Source: Candidatus Altarchaeum sp.
Lineage (GTDB): Archaea; Altiarchaeota; Altiarchaeia; Altiarchaeales; Altiarchaeaceae
Reading direction: 5' to 3'
DNA length: 31,030 nt
Assembly (NCBI GenBank): GCA_018260615.1
Contig: JAGWDQ010000105.1
Span: 1 to 31,030, forward strand
The notes under the pieces are model-generated. The model saw nothing but the letters and a program-made list of their open reading frames with translations, was not told the DNA's origin and searched no databases. The position numbers were made by a program, and so were the translations under genes. This document shows positions 1-9,769 of this stretch, in pieces. How positions within the stretch are numbered: the first letter of the stretch is position 1; every line of letters starts with the position of its first letter.

Positions 1-70
1 TTGTAGCAAAGTGATTGTGAATTTTGTCACTTTCCCGTAATATGCCCGCCACAGACATTATAGAAATTTT

Positions 71-120
71 AAATCTCCGAACGAAGTGAGGTGATTTAAA
101 AATTCCACAAATTTTTAAAT
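71..120 (+). repeat. Repeat module A core followed by an AT-rich palindrome
   Basis: AAATCTCCGAACGAAGTGAGGTGA at 71-94 recurs on both strands (e.g. 9843-9866; 12349-12372 on minus). ATTTAAAAATT-ccaca-AATTTTTAAAT lies at 94-120. Confidence 0.8.
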
Positions 121-133
121 ATCCAAACGAATC

Positions 134-519
134 GGTGGTGTCCCCAGCTCGTTAATTAAATTCTGATGGGATTATCCCACGAACAATAAATTTAGATTTT
201 TAAAATGATAATTTTTAATTTCATCTCATTTTTCAAACGATTTTCAAATCACAGAGATTTGAAAATCTCCGAACAAAGTGAGGTGAAGTTTGAAAAATCC
301 GCGAACGAGAGTGAGCGGATTTCATTCGGAGATTTCAAAATAAATTTTGAAATAACTTCATTATCATTCTGAGATTTCAAAAACTCTGCGTTTTTGAAAT
401 AACCTCGCTGATGCCCGGATATTTTAAAATCTCGTGATTTTAAAATGGCCTTATCAGGATAATTATTTAATGGTGTCTTGACGGAATCAAGACATTGTTA
501 ATAACTTGGGGACACTACC
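134..519. mobile_element. MITE, probably IS1-family derived, with nested composite repeats
   Basis: TIRs GGTGGTGTCCCCA (134-146) and TGGGGACACTACC (507-519) match at 12/13, and 17/23 when extended. An exact 8-bp direct repeat AACGAATC lies at 126-133 and 520-527. There is no transposase ORF inside. Confidence 0.85.
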
Positions 520-561
520 AACGAATCGATGTTATTTTAAAAATGAAATTTTGAAATATGC

Positions 562-673
562 TAAAAACTACAAGTTTTCAATCTTTAAAAATCTGTAAGA
601 TTTTTAAATGAAATTTTAAAATAATGGTAATATTTCAAAACCTGTTTCTGAAATGCGCAAACAGAGTGAGCGT
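562..673. repeat. Cluster of CT-NNN-AG palindromes plus a degenerate module A half
   Basis: AAAACT-aca-AGTTTT (564-578), TAAAAATCT-gta-AGATTTTTA (586-606) and ACAGAGTGAGCGT (661-673). The TTTTCAATCTTTAAAAA(A)TCTGT segment recurs near 30997-31019. Confidence 0.7.
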
Positions 674-713
674 AATAGATGTGAACTTTTACATAAGTAT
701 GAGAGACCCATGT

Positions 714-1754
714 TTAAAGTACCATCATTTTACTTATTTCCTCATTATTAACCCCGTATTTTTTGCCCACTAATAACACCCTCATATTCCTGACATCAAA
801 CCACATTTTTCTTAAATAGGTGATAACATATTCCAGAGATATCGGATTCTGGATAACGGCCGGCGAGGCGGCAGCAGCATCTATCTCCAATTCAAAGGTA
901 TCCATACTTTTTGTTTTTTTAAATTCTTCAAAAATTTGTGCGAATAAGTCACCATAAGGCGTTCCGCTTAAAATTCCCTGTATCGCATCTATATTTTCCT
1001 TATTTATTTGAGCAGCATTAATTGCATTTAAAATTTCAAAATTTAAATACGCACCCTGACTGGTTTTCTTTATAAAATTATCCGCATCAACTCCCAAAAT
1101 TTTCATCCTTATAACCGCCTTTAAATTTAAAGCGTCAATCCTTTTCTTTACAAATTTTTCAATTACTTTTACTTTTTCCGCCTCCCTTGCCCATTTTCTT
1201 ATTAAATTTATATCCAGAGAATTTTCAATCTCAAACAAATTTTCACCCTCTATTTCAAATCCCAAAGTCCTTATCCTATCTACCGCACTTTTAAATTCTG
1301 TGTTTGCCAGTTCTTTTAAAATTTCATCCTTTATGTTTCCCTCTATGCATTCTGCAAGTATTTCGTCGGTACTCTTTCCTTCCTTTCCGCTGACACTTTT
1401 GGCCTTTAATGCCCTTAAAATTCGTTTTAAATTTCCAAGGTCAAATTCATCAAGCAGGATTGTCTTGCTGCTGTCTCGGACATCCATCGGAAGTGTGTTA
1501 ATTACAGCATTGCAGACATCAAAGTAATGACTAACGACAGCTTTTTCTATTTCTTCTAAATTTTCGCCTTTGCCTTTACTGATTGCATCCTTTATTTGCT
1601 TTTCATAAGGTGTTTTCATAAGTTCTGTAATTGCCGCTTCAAGATTTACGGACCCCGTAAGGCGCGCATAAGTTACCTCATCCAGATGCTGCGGCATTGC
1701 AGAAACCATCCCGTAAGAGTATGCATAAGTTGCCGCATCTAATAGTCCAATCAT
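714..1754 (-). CDS. atpC: A/V-type ATP synthase subunit C
   Basis: 346 aa helical protein. N-terminal YAYSYGMVSAM and C-terminal YLRKMWFDVRNMRVLLVGKKYG fit the archaeal subunit C pattern, and it lies downstream of atpI/atpK. Confidence 0.85.
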   Translation of the reverse strand: MIGLLDAATYAYSYGMVSAMPQHLDEVTYARLTGSVNLEAAITELMKTPYEKQIKDAISKGKGENLEEIEKAVVSHYFDVCNAVINTLPMDVRDSSKTILLDEFDLGNLKRILRALKAKSVSGKEGKSTDEILAECIEGNIKDEILKELANTEFKSAVDRIRTLGFEIEGENLFEIENSLDINLIRKWAREAEKVKVIEKFVKKRIDALNLKAVIRMKILGVDADNFIKKTSQGAYLNFEILNAINAAQINKENIDAIQGILSGTPYGDLFAQIFEEFKKTKSMDTFELEIDAAAASPAVIQNPISLEYVITYLRKMWFDVRNMRVLLVGKKYGVNNEEISKMMVL

Positions 1755-1832
1755 TTTATTTTTGTTAAATTTATTTTAATTTTAAATTTTAATAAATTGT
1801 AAATTAATTAGGAATTGTCCATTAATAATAAA

Positions 1833-2888
1833 TTAGGTAAAATATGTAAATTTAGGAATGAAAAATATTAAAATAGCAATTATGCAAAATATTAGTTCTA
1901 TTCCGATAAATGTTAAGGTTAAATTTTTCTCGGAAATTCCTTTTGATAAATACATGAGCCATTGTGCAAAACTTATCGGCTTTTCATTAAAAGGATATAA
2001 TTTTCCCCCAATATATTTTCCCTGCCAGTTTTTTGTCGGCAGCTTGTTTATCAGTTTTACAAAAAATTCAATTATAAACGGGAGCATAACAATAACTCCG
2101 TAACTTTCAAAATTCCCAATTATTATAGCGGTTGCAATTACTGCTCCTATCGTTAAATTTCCCACATCTCCGGGAAAGACCTTTGCAGGAAACCAGTTGT
2201 ATTTCAAAAATCCCAGTAATGCTCCTGCAAGTGAAATTAAAAGAATAAATGCAATCAGACCTTCAGGCGTTCCTATAAATAATGCAATAATTGCCAGAGA
2301 TAAACTCATAGTTATTCCCATTCCCGCTTCCATCCCGTTAAATCCGGCAAGCATATTTGTCATATTGCTGCAGACAGTGATAGCAACCGGAACTAAAATT
2401 AAAGCATAAAAAATTCCGAAATTAATTTCGCCGATAAAGGGGATATTTATTGTGGGACTGCCGACACTTGCTATTGCGACTAACGGAAGTGCTGCAAAAA
2501 CTGGCAGTATTGCTTTTGTACTGTGTTTTAAATCAAACAGGTCATCAAATATTCCGATGATTGCAATTATTAGAATTACCGATAACGCCGCAAAAATTAA
2601 AGTTAAAATTTTTCCATCTGTTATATCTATTGTATTTATCAAAGATATTCCAAATATTTCATTAACATAAGCAATAGTTCCGGTAAAAACCAAAATACCT
2701 CCACATAAGCCAATTACAACTGCCAGACCTCCCATTTCGGCAACCTCCAGTTTATCCGGCTTGTTTATATCTTTTCCGGTCATTCCTATTGCCTTTAATT
2801 TTCTTATGAGTTTTGGCAGTGTAAGATAAGGCACTAAAAACGAAACAATAAAAGATATGCATCCGAGGATTAATAGAGTATATTCCAT
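1833..2888 (-). CDS. aglH: UDP-GlcNAc:dolichol-phosphate GlcNAc-1-phosphotransferase (MraY/GPT family)
   Basis: Polytopic membrane protein with AEMGGL, GIFDDLFDL, NMTNMLAGFNGMEAG and FPGDVG motifs of archaeal GPT. Confidence 0.88.
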   Translation of the reverse strand: MEYTLLILGCISFIVSFLVPYLTLPKLIRKLKAIGMTGKDINKPDKLEVAEMGGLAVVIGLCGGILVFTGTIAYVNEIFGISLINTIDITDGKILTLIFAALSVILIIAIIGIFDDLFDLKHSTKAILPVFAALPLVAIASVGSPTINIPFIGEINFGIFYALILVPVAITVCSNMTNMLAGFNGMEAGMGITMSLSLAIIALFIGTPEGLIAFILLISLAGALLGFLKYNWFPAKVFPGDVGNLTIGAVIATAIIIGNFESYGVIVMLPFIIEFFVKLINKLPTKNWQGKYIGGKLYPFNEKPISFAQWLMYLSKGISEKNLTLTFIGIELIFCIIAILIFFIPKFTYFT

Positions 2889-3018
2889 AATATAAAATAA
2901 ATTTTGATTTTTGATTTCATAAAAATTTAGAATAAAAAGTAAAAAATACCGAATAAAAAATATAAAAAAGAAAAAGAAAAAACCAAAAAATTCAAAATTT
3001 TATGGTTTTATACACCGC

Positions 3019-3477
3019 TTAAGCACTTATTAACATAAATGCTATAACGAATCCCATAATGACTGACAGATCCGGAATTGCAGTATATACTATGTTGTTG
3101 ACTTTTGTTGCAGGCGATCTTGCAGTTGAGCCAATACCGGCTGCTGCTGCTGGTCCCTGTCCGATCGGCGTTAACCCGGCAATTCCCATAGCAAGTCCAG
3201 CACCGAGCATTTTCGCACCGTCTAAAACCGACATTCCTAACCCTCCCTTCACAGGATCATTGATAAGCCCCACTATCATTATTGCTATCACAAATCCAAA
3301 AATCACGGCTGTTTGTGGCAATGCCTCAAATATCAGTCCTGTCACAAATTCCTGTTTCTTTTCTGCTATAACTCCACTCGCACTTGCTCCGGCGAGACCA
3401 CTTCCTATTGCACTTCCCAATCCCGGCAAACCTACTGCCAATCCGGCACCTATTGCCGCAAGTATAACTCCCTCCAT
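3019..3477 (-). CDS. atpK: A/V-type ATP synthase proteolipid subunit K/c (two-hairpin form)
   Basis: 152 aa Gly/Ala-rich protein with four hydrophobic helices and an internal duplication (GAGLAVG...LPQTAVIFG / GAGLAMG...IPDLSVIMG). It follows atpI. Confidence 0.92.
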   Translation of the reverse strand: MEGVILAAIGAGLAVGLPGLGSAIGSGLAGASASGVIAEKKQEFVTGLIFEALPQTAVIFGFVIAIMIVGLINDPVKGGLGMSVLDGAKMLGAGLAMGIAGLTPIGQGPAAAAGIGSTARSPATKVNNIVYTAIPDLSVIMGFVIAFMLISA

Positions 3478-3517
3478 TTTCTTTATATTTTAATAATTAA
3501 TTTTTTAATAGATTAAA

Positions 3518-5554
3518 TTATTCTTCTACATAAGTGTATTTTCTTTTCTCTTCAAACGGTTTAAATTCATAGCCCCCTCCTTCATAATATCTTGAAAAAT
3601 GTTCAACATACAGCAACCTCAACGTCTGGACAAATGCACTTAAAACCCCGAGCAAAAAGTGAAGCGTTTGTCCGACAAGGAATATGAGTACAGCAAATAT
3701 TCCAAAGGCAACGCCCCACGCCATCCCTGCCAATTGATTGAAGGCAGTTGCTACCGCACCTGCAGCAACAACCAGCGCCATAATTCTGGCGTAAGATAGT
3801 ATAAAAGCAAAATAATCAATTGCTTCTATTATTGAGAGTATAGGATCATGTTTCAAGGCAATTACCAATCCTATTGCCATTAAAACCAGTGCTGCATAAG
3901 TAAAAATTATGTCAGTAAATGGGACAAAAGGAAATTCGAAAACCTTTCCAAACGCCCCAAAAAAGATAATTATCATCCCTAATCCGAATAAACACCAGCT
4001 CACATATTTATATAATGCTTCCTTTCTTTCCTTTCTTCTCATAGCATCATAAAGTCCAAGCACAGTTCCTGACCATATATGAATTACACCAAACCCGATG
4101 GCAATCTGGAGATATACTTTCAGGTCATGTCCCCCCGGATGGAATAATTGTAACGGAAGCTTTTCCACCTGCGGATCTATAAAGGCCACCCAGAGAATAT
4201 GCCCCATATTTCCAAAATACTCTCCGTTGACAATACCTACGCCAACAGCCACAACAGCAGCTATGGCCACAAAAGACATAAAATTTTTCAGTCCTTCCGA
4301 ATAGAAACCATACTTTTTGCGCAGCATCATGGCAATTCCAAACAAGATTACTCCGTAACATGCATCCGCTATCATTAAACCGATAAGCAAGGCAGCCACA
4401 GGAGCAACAACTATAGACGGATCTATGTGGTTGTACTTCGGAAGCCCATAAATTGATGTCAGGAATTCGTATTTCTTTATTGCTCCTGGATTTTGCATCA
4501 TTGTCGGAGCATCTTCCAGGTCCTTATTTATTTTTACTACACAAACACCTTCCGATTTCTCTTCAATTATCTCTTTCATTTTATCGGATAACTGTGCAGG
4601 AATGTATGCTTTTAAATATTTTGTTTTTTCTGTTGCTCCGCCATTAACAAAAATTTCATATCGCTCTTTTTCAATTTCCAGAAGTTCCCTGCATATTAAT
4701 AACTCTTTGTATTTTGTATTAAAAATTTCCTTTAAAGCACTATTTAAATCGTTTATTTCTTTTTCAATCGTGGCAATTCTTTCGGTCTGTATTTTTATGT
4801 TATCTGCAACCGTGCCTTTTTTTGGCTCTTTCAATATTCTCGCATTACCGGAAATTTTTTGTATAACCGAATTTGCATTTTCATTCGGAACAACTATGGT
4901 TGCGGCATAAGTTACATTTTTCTTCTTTCTTTCTATTTCATATTGTTTGACATAAGAAATTTCGCCGTTTGCACGCATTGCTTCAATGTTATTTGCGGTC
5001 TCATCACCTTCAAAAACCGCCGTAAAAATCGTGTAATATTTTCCATCTCCCAAAACATCCATATCAAAATCACCCATAACTACCGAAAGCCGGGAAATTT
5101 CTTCAAGATTCTTTTTTGCATCGGATAATTCAGCACTTTGCTTTTCAATTTTATTTGCAATAGCAATTGCGCCATTTTCCCCGTCTTTAATTTTCAGTAT
5201 ATCTTCTGTGCGTTTTATGACAGCATCAAATTTCAGTCGTTCTGTTTTTTTCTTTTCAACCTTTTCAATGCCGAGCATCTCTTCAAGAAATGTCTCTTTT
5301 TTTGTTTCAAATCGGCCCAAAATTCCGATAACTCTGTAAATTTCCAGTAAATTTTTTGATACGGTGATTTCTCTCTTTGACGGAACTCCTCTTTTTAAGT
5401 CCAGTCCAAAATTTTGATTAATTTCTGAAATTTTGCTGTCGGTTAAGAATTCAATTTGTGTGATTCCCTGTTTATGGAGTTCTTTTACTACTTTATTTTT
5501 ATAGTCATTATGTACCACAACCTCAAGTTCATGCATTATCGCTGGCTGAAGCAT
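3518..5554 (-). CDS. atpI: A/V-type ATP synthase subunit I/a
   Basis: 678 aa with a soluble N-domain and a membrane C-domain. Motifs: DPS...GLMIADACYG, LSYARIMAL (essential Arg), QTLRLLYVEHFSRYYEGGG. Confidence 0.95.
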   Translation of the reverse strand: MLQPAIMHELEVVVHNDYKNKVVKELHKQGITQIEFLTDSKISEINQNFGLDLKRGVPSKREITVSKNLLEIYRVIGILGRFETKKETFLEEMLGIEKVEKKKTERLKFDAVIKRTEDILKIKDGENGAIAIANKIEKQSAELSDAKKNLEEISRLSVVMGDFDMDVLGDGKYYTIFTAVFEGDETANNIEAMRANGEISYVKQYEIERKKKNVTYAATIVVPNENANSVIQKISGNARILKEPKKGTVADNIKIQTERIATIEKEINDLNSALKEIFNTKYKELLICRELLEIEKERYEIFVNGGATEKTKYLKAYIPAQLSDKMKEIIEEKSEGVCVVKINKDLEDAPTMMQNPGAIKKYEFLTSIYGLPKYNHIDPSIVVAPVAALLIGLMIADACYGVILFGIAMMLRKKYGFYSEGLKNFMSFVAIAAVVAVGVGIVNGEYFGNMGHILWVAFIDPQVEKLPLQLFHPGGHDLKVYLQIAIGFGVIHIWSGTVLGLYDAMRRKERKEALYKYVSWCLFGLGMIIIFFGAFGKVFEFPFVPFTDIIFTYAALVLMAIGLVIALKHDPILSIIEAIDYFAFILSYARIMALVVAAGAVATAFNQLAGMAWGVAFGIFAVLIFLVGQTLHFLLGVLSAFVQTLRLLYVEHFSRYYEGGGYEFKPFEEKRKYTYVEE

Positions 5555-5700
5555 TTTAAATTTTGATTTAAATTTTAATAATTGATTGATAACTAATTAA
5601 TTTTATAATAAATTATAAAAAGAATTATTAAGAATTACTACTTATATTAAATAAATATATTAAATAAAATTTATTTTTAAAGAAAATATCTTTTATTAAA

Positions 5701-6969
5701 ATGTTCATCGCATTAGACGATACCGACTCAACGGAAGGAATGTGCACAACTTATCTGACATGTTTAATTTTAAGAAAATTTAAGGAGATAAATTTAATCG
5801 CCGATATTCCAAATTTAGTCCGGCTCAATCCGAATATTCCTTATAAAACAAGAGGAAACGGAGCATGCTGGTTTCACATTGATGACAATAATTTAAGCGG
5901 TGAAAGAAAAAAAGAAATAAAAACAATTGTTTTAGACCTTCTTAAAAAATATTCGCGATTTGAGGATGAAAATACAAATCCCGCCTGCGTGTTTTTAGAT
6001 GATGAAAATTTTAAGATAAATTTTGAAATTTTAAATAAATTTTACAAAAAAGCAGTAAGTGAGTTATGCACGATTGAAGAAGCAGATGAAATTTCAGGAA
6101 AAATAAATGCAACGGCTTATAAATTTAAAAACGGAAGAGGAATTGTTGGTTGTCTGGCATGTCTGGGCTGCGATTTCAGCGATTTAACTTATGAACTGCT
6201 CATTTACAGAACCGAGGAAAATTTCGGAAAGGAGCGAATGATTGATGAAGAAAGTGTTTTTGAAATGCACAAATTGCTTTATCCCGGGACTTATGACAAT
6301 GTTAATGAGGAAGAACATAAACTTGTTTTTATGCCTCACGGAAAAGACCCGATACTTTGCGGCATCCGGGGAAACAGCATTGAAGTTGTAAATAAGGCAT
6401 TTTCACTCATCAAATTTAACGAAGAAATTTCATTTACCCGGATTTTCAGGACAAACCAGCATACGGATGCCCATCTCATGTTCAAAAAAATTTCCGAATT
6501 AAAGCAGTATGATGCGGCGATAGTCGCTGGAACCGTTATTGAAAATCCGAAAAGAATAGCGAAGGGTCATACCTTCTTTAAAATTTCCGATGGGACAGCA
6601 ACTTTCACCTGTGCGGCTTACGGAGTGACACGACTAAAAAACATAGCGTTCAATTTAGTTAAGGGAGACAAAGTCCGGCTTTACGGGGGAATTGAGAGTC
6701 ATAAGGATACCTTTAACATTGAAAAAATTGAAATTCTGGAATTGGCAAAAATTTATAAAAAAGAAAATCCTGTTTGTCCGAACTGTAAAATCCGTATGAA
6801 ATCAGAAGGAACAAATAAGGGATTCCAGTGCAAAAATTGCAAGTTGCGGCTTAAAAATGATGCGGTAAAATTTATTGAAGTTCCGAGAAATTTAAAACAG
6901 GAAATTTATGAAGTTGAGCCGGGACACAGAAGGCATTTAAGCAAGCAGTTATGCAGATATAAAATTTAG
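5701..6969 (+). CDS. tiaS: tRNA(Ile2) 2-agmatinylcytidine synthetase
   Basis: IALDDTDS, RLNPNIPYKTRGNG, GRGIVG, TNQHTD, an OB-fold region, a CPNC/CKNC zinc ribbon and terminal RRHLSK. Confidence 0.95.
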   Translation: MFIALDDTDSTEGMCTTYLTCLILRKFKEINLIADIPNLVRLNPNIPYKTRGNGACWFHIDDNNLSGERKKEIKTIVLDLLKKYSRFEDENTNPACVFLDDENFKINFEILNKFYKKAVSELCTIEEADEISGKINATAYKFKNGRGIVGCLACLGCDFSDLTYELLIYRTEENFGKERMIDEESVFEMHKLLYPGTYDNVNEEEHKLVFMPHGKDPILCGIRGNSIEVVNKAFSLIKFNEEISFTRIFRTNQHTDAHLMFKKISELKQYDAAIVAGTVIENPKRIAKGHTFFKISDGTATFTCAAYGVTRLKNIAFNLVKGDKVRLYGGIESHKDTFNIEKIEILELAKIYKKENPVCPNCKIRMKSEGTNKGFQCKNCKLRLKNDAVKFIEVPRNLKQEIYEVEPGHRRHLSKQLCRYKI

Positions 6970-7056
6970 AAATTTAAACTAAAATTTAAATAAATTAAAT
7001 AAATTTAAACTAAAATTTAACCAAAAGGTATAATTTTAAAAATTTAAAATGTTAAA

Positions 7057-9744
7057 ATGTTTTTGAAAGAGGAAAAACAAAAAATAATTGAGTATGAAGG
7101 TAATAGTTTAGTTGTTGCCAATCCCGGCACAGGAAAGACAACTTTGCTCGCATACAAATATGCAAATTTAATAAAAAAAGGTATTAAGCCGGAACAGATA
7201 CTCTGCCTGACATTTACCGAAAAAGCCAAAAAAGAGATGGAATCAAAAATTCATAAAGTCGTTAAAGAACAGAATATTTCTTTTGATGTATCTAAACTGA
7301 ATGTATTTACTTTTCACTCTTATGCTTTGGATAATATTGAAGAAAGCGAGAAATTAAGCACTAACTTATTGAGATATACTATTTTCAGATATATTAAGGA
7401 CAAACAAATTATGAATTATTCTGATGAATATCTTATTGATAAGAGTGTTCCAAAGATAGAAAATTCAATACGATACCTGAAAAGTTTTGGAATAACTCCG
7501 GATAAAATAGATATTGCCAAAGCAAAAGGGTCTCTGAAAGAAGAGGAAAAGCACACAAAATCGGAAATGGAAAAATTTACGGATGATTTCATCGGCATTT
7601 TCACACATTATGAAACCACAAAAGATAAAGGAATTGATTATGCGGATATGCTGCTCAAATTTATTGAGTTAAGAAAAAACGAGGTGTTTGATTATGTGCT
7701 GATTGATGAATTACAGGATGTTAACGGAATGGAGGCAGATATTGCTATCAGATCGTGCAGAAATTTTTTTGCCGTCGGGGATAAAAAGCAGGCGATTTTT
7801 GGATTTCAGGGTGGGTCATTGCTGAACTTCGAAAAATTTCAGAATTCGGAAAAATTTATACTTTCTGAAAATTTCAGAAGCACAAACGAAATTTTGAATT
7901 ATGCAAAAATTTATTTTATTTCTAAAACAAAAAATTCCGAACACAAAGAAGAATTAAAAAATTTATGCAACGCCGAAGGTAAATCCGGTTCAAAACCGGT
8001 TATTTGTGAAGTAAGCAAAGGTAATATGTATGCTGCTGCCTGCGAACTTGTCCGGAGTTTGAATGAAGGTGGTCCGAATGGCAAGACAGCTATTATAACG
8101 AGAACAAATTCCCGGATAATACATTTTGCCAGAGAACTTGATGAAAGAGGAATAAATTTTAGTTCAACATTCCTTTCTGCTTCTAACGATGCAAAGAAGC
8201 ACATCATAAATTTTTTAAAGGGTGTTTTAAGTTCTGATGTACGGGATGTAAAAAAGGCGATGTTTACTCCGTTTTTTCCATGCACTTTGCAGGAGGCCTT
8301 TAATATATCATCTGAAAAGAGCATCGGCATAGAAAATATATGTGAAAAAATTCCTGCTTTCAGGGAACTTCGCGAAAAGATAAAAACCGTTGAGGATGTT
8401 AACTTACTTTTTAAGGAGAGAATTATTCCGGTATGCCTGATTTATGGCAGGGACTATTTTTCTGCGGGAATATCAATGCAACACGCATATCAGGAAGCAA
8501 TATCTGTTCTTGAAGATAAAAGTTTAGAGTCCTTTGTGACATACCTTCAATCAGCCGGGCTATTGCCGGAGGATTCTGATGTTGAAAAAGGTCTCATTCT
8601 TACTACGGTTCATAAGGCAAAAGGCAGGGAGTTTGACAATGTTATTTATATTCCTTCAAAAACAAAAAACAATGATGATTTTGTAGATAATGTAGTTAAA
8701 AGCATTTTGAAATCAAAAGGAATAGATGTTGAAGAAGAACTTGAAGAAGAAAATTTAAGAATTGATTTCGTTGCTTTTACGAGAGCGAAAAATAAACTCT
8801 TTATACTGGCCGATAAAATTAATCCGTATCTGAATGAGTATGCAGATGTCTGTGATGTTAATGCCATTAATTCCAACAACACAAATAATAAAATTAGCAA
8901 TCAGACAGACAACAATTTGAACGAAGGCGTAAAAAAAGCATTCAACTTATTTGTTAGCGGACATTGTGAGGAAGCAAAAAAAGCGCTCAATTCAAAAAAT
9001 AACTGGATAAAGGAATTTGTCAGTAATTATTTTAAATCGTTAGAGCATATCTCTTTCAGTTCGCTCCATGATGATGCATACGGTTATTTTGTTGAGGAAA
9101 TTTTGGGCTTAAAGGAATTTAGTCCCGCTGCTTTATTTGGTTCTGATGTGCATAAAGCGATAAAACAAATATTGTCGGAAGAAAAATACGGGGCGGATGA
9201 AAATTTAAAGCCATATGCATGGAATGCCTTAAAACTTATTGAAGAGATTAAGAAAACTTACCCGGAATTTGTTGAAGCAGAGGTGAAGTCAGATGTGCAA
9301 TTGGAGTCGCTTGGATTTGATTCACCTTTAAAATTTAAATCAAAGATTGATGCCATATTTAAAAACAAAGACAAATATCTGATAGCGGACTGGAAAACAG
9401 ACAGGGATGTGAATAGTTCTAAATCATCTGCACACAGGCAGCAACTTGAAATTTACAAAAGAATTTTCTCGGTTAAAGAAGGTGTTGATGTGAAAAATAT
9501 TGCTGTTGCGATTGGTTATGTTGGATTGAAGGATGTAATAAATTTAGATAATATTAATTGTATTAATTGCGAACTTGATACAAAACAGCCGGCACCAACT
9601 GCTTTTGACACAGTTTCTAAAAAAATTAATACCTTGTTGTCATGGATTAAAACGCCGGAAAGATTTTTTAATGACTTTATTGCAGAAAAGAAGGAGGATG
9701 ATGTACTCTGGAAGAGTGTCGTTGAAGAATATCAGAAACAATAA
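7057..9744 (+). CDS. UvrD/REP-family SF1 helicase fused to a C-terminal PD-(D/E)xK (RecB-like) nuclease
   Basis: Walker A ANPGTGKT, LTFTEKA, DELQD, VGDKKQAIFGFQG, ENFRS, TVHKAKGREF and FVAFTRAK. The C-terminal KIDAIFK...IADWKT and QLEIY are the nuclease motifs. Confidence 0.9.
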   Translation: MFLKEEKQKIIEYEGNSLVVANPGTGKTTLLAYKYANLIKKGIKPEQILCLTFTEKAKKEMESKIHKVVKEQNISFDVSKLNVFTFHSYALDNIEESEKLSTNLLRYTIFRYIKDKQIMNYSDEYLIDKSVPKIENSIRYLKSFGITPDKIDIAKAKGSLKEEEKHTKSEMEKFTDDFIGIFTHYETTKDKGIDYADMLLKFIELRKNEVFDYVLIDELQDVNGMEADIAIRSCRNFFAVGDKKQAIFGFQGGSLLNFEKFQNSEKFILSENFRSTNEILNYAKIYFISKTKNSEHKEELKNLCNAEGKSGSKPVICEVSKGNMYAAACELVRSLNEGGPNGKTAIITRTNSRIIHFARELDERGINFSSTFLSASNDAKKHIINFLKGVLSSDVRDVKKAMFTPFFPCTLQEAFNISSEKSIGIENICEKIPAFRELREKIKTVEDVNLLFKERIIPVCLIYGRDYFSAGISMQHAYQEAISVLEDKSLESFVTYLQSAGLLPEDSDVEKGLILTTVHKAKGREFDNVIYIPSKTKNNDDFVDNVVKSILKSKGIDVEEELEEENLRIDFVAFTRAKNKLFILADKINPYLNEYADVCDVNAINSNNTNNKISNQTDNNLNEGVKKAFNLFVSGHCEEAKKALNSKNNWIKEFVSNYFKSLEHISFSSLHDDAYGYFVEEILGLKEFSPAALFGSDVHKAIKQILSEEKYGADENLKPYAWNALKLIEEIKKTYPEFVEAEVKSDVQLESLGFDSPLKFKSKIDAIFKNKDKYLIADWKTDRDVNSSKSSAHRQQLEIYKRIFSVKEGVDVKNIAVAIGYVGLKDVINLDNINCINCELDTKQPAPTAFDTVSKKINTLLSWIKTPERFFNDFIAEKKEDDVLWKSVVEEYQKQ

Positions 9745-9769
9745 AGAGCAAGCTTAATTTATAAACAAA

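Noticed and set aside
2-58. Possible gene start on the minus strand (MSVAGILRESDKIHNHFAT) running off the window
   Set aside because: Only 19 codons are visible, which is too short to support.
6969-7021. AAATTTAAACTAAAATTTAA repeated twice between tiaS and the helicase
   Set aside because: Low-complexity AT-rich intergenic sequence, expected by chance or slippage.
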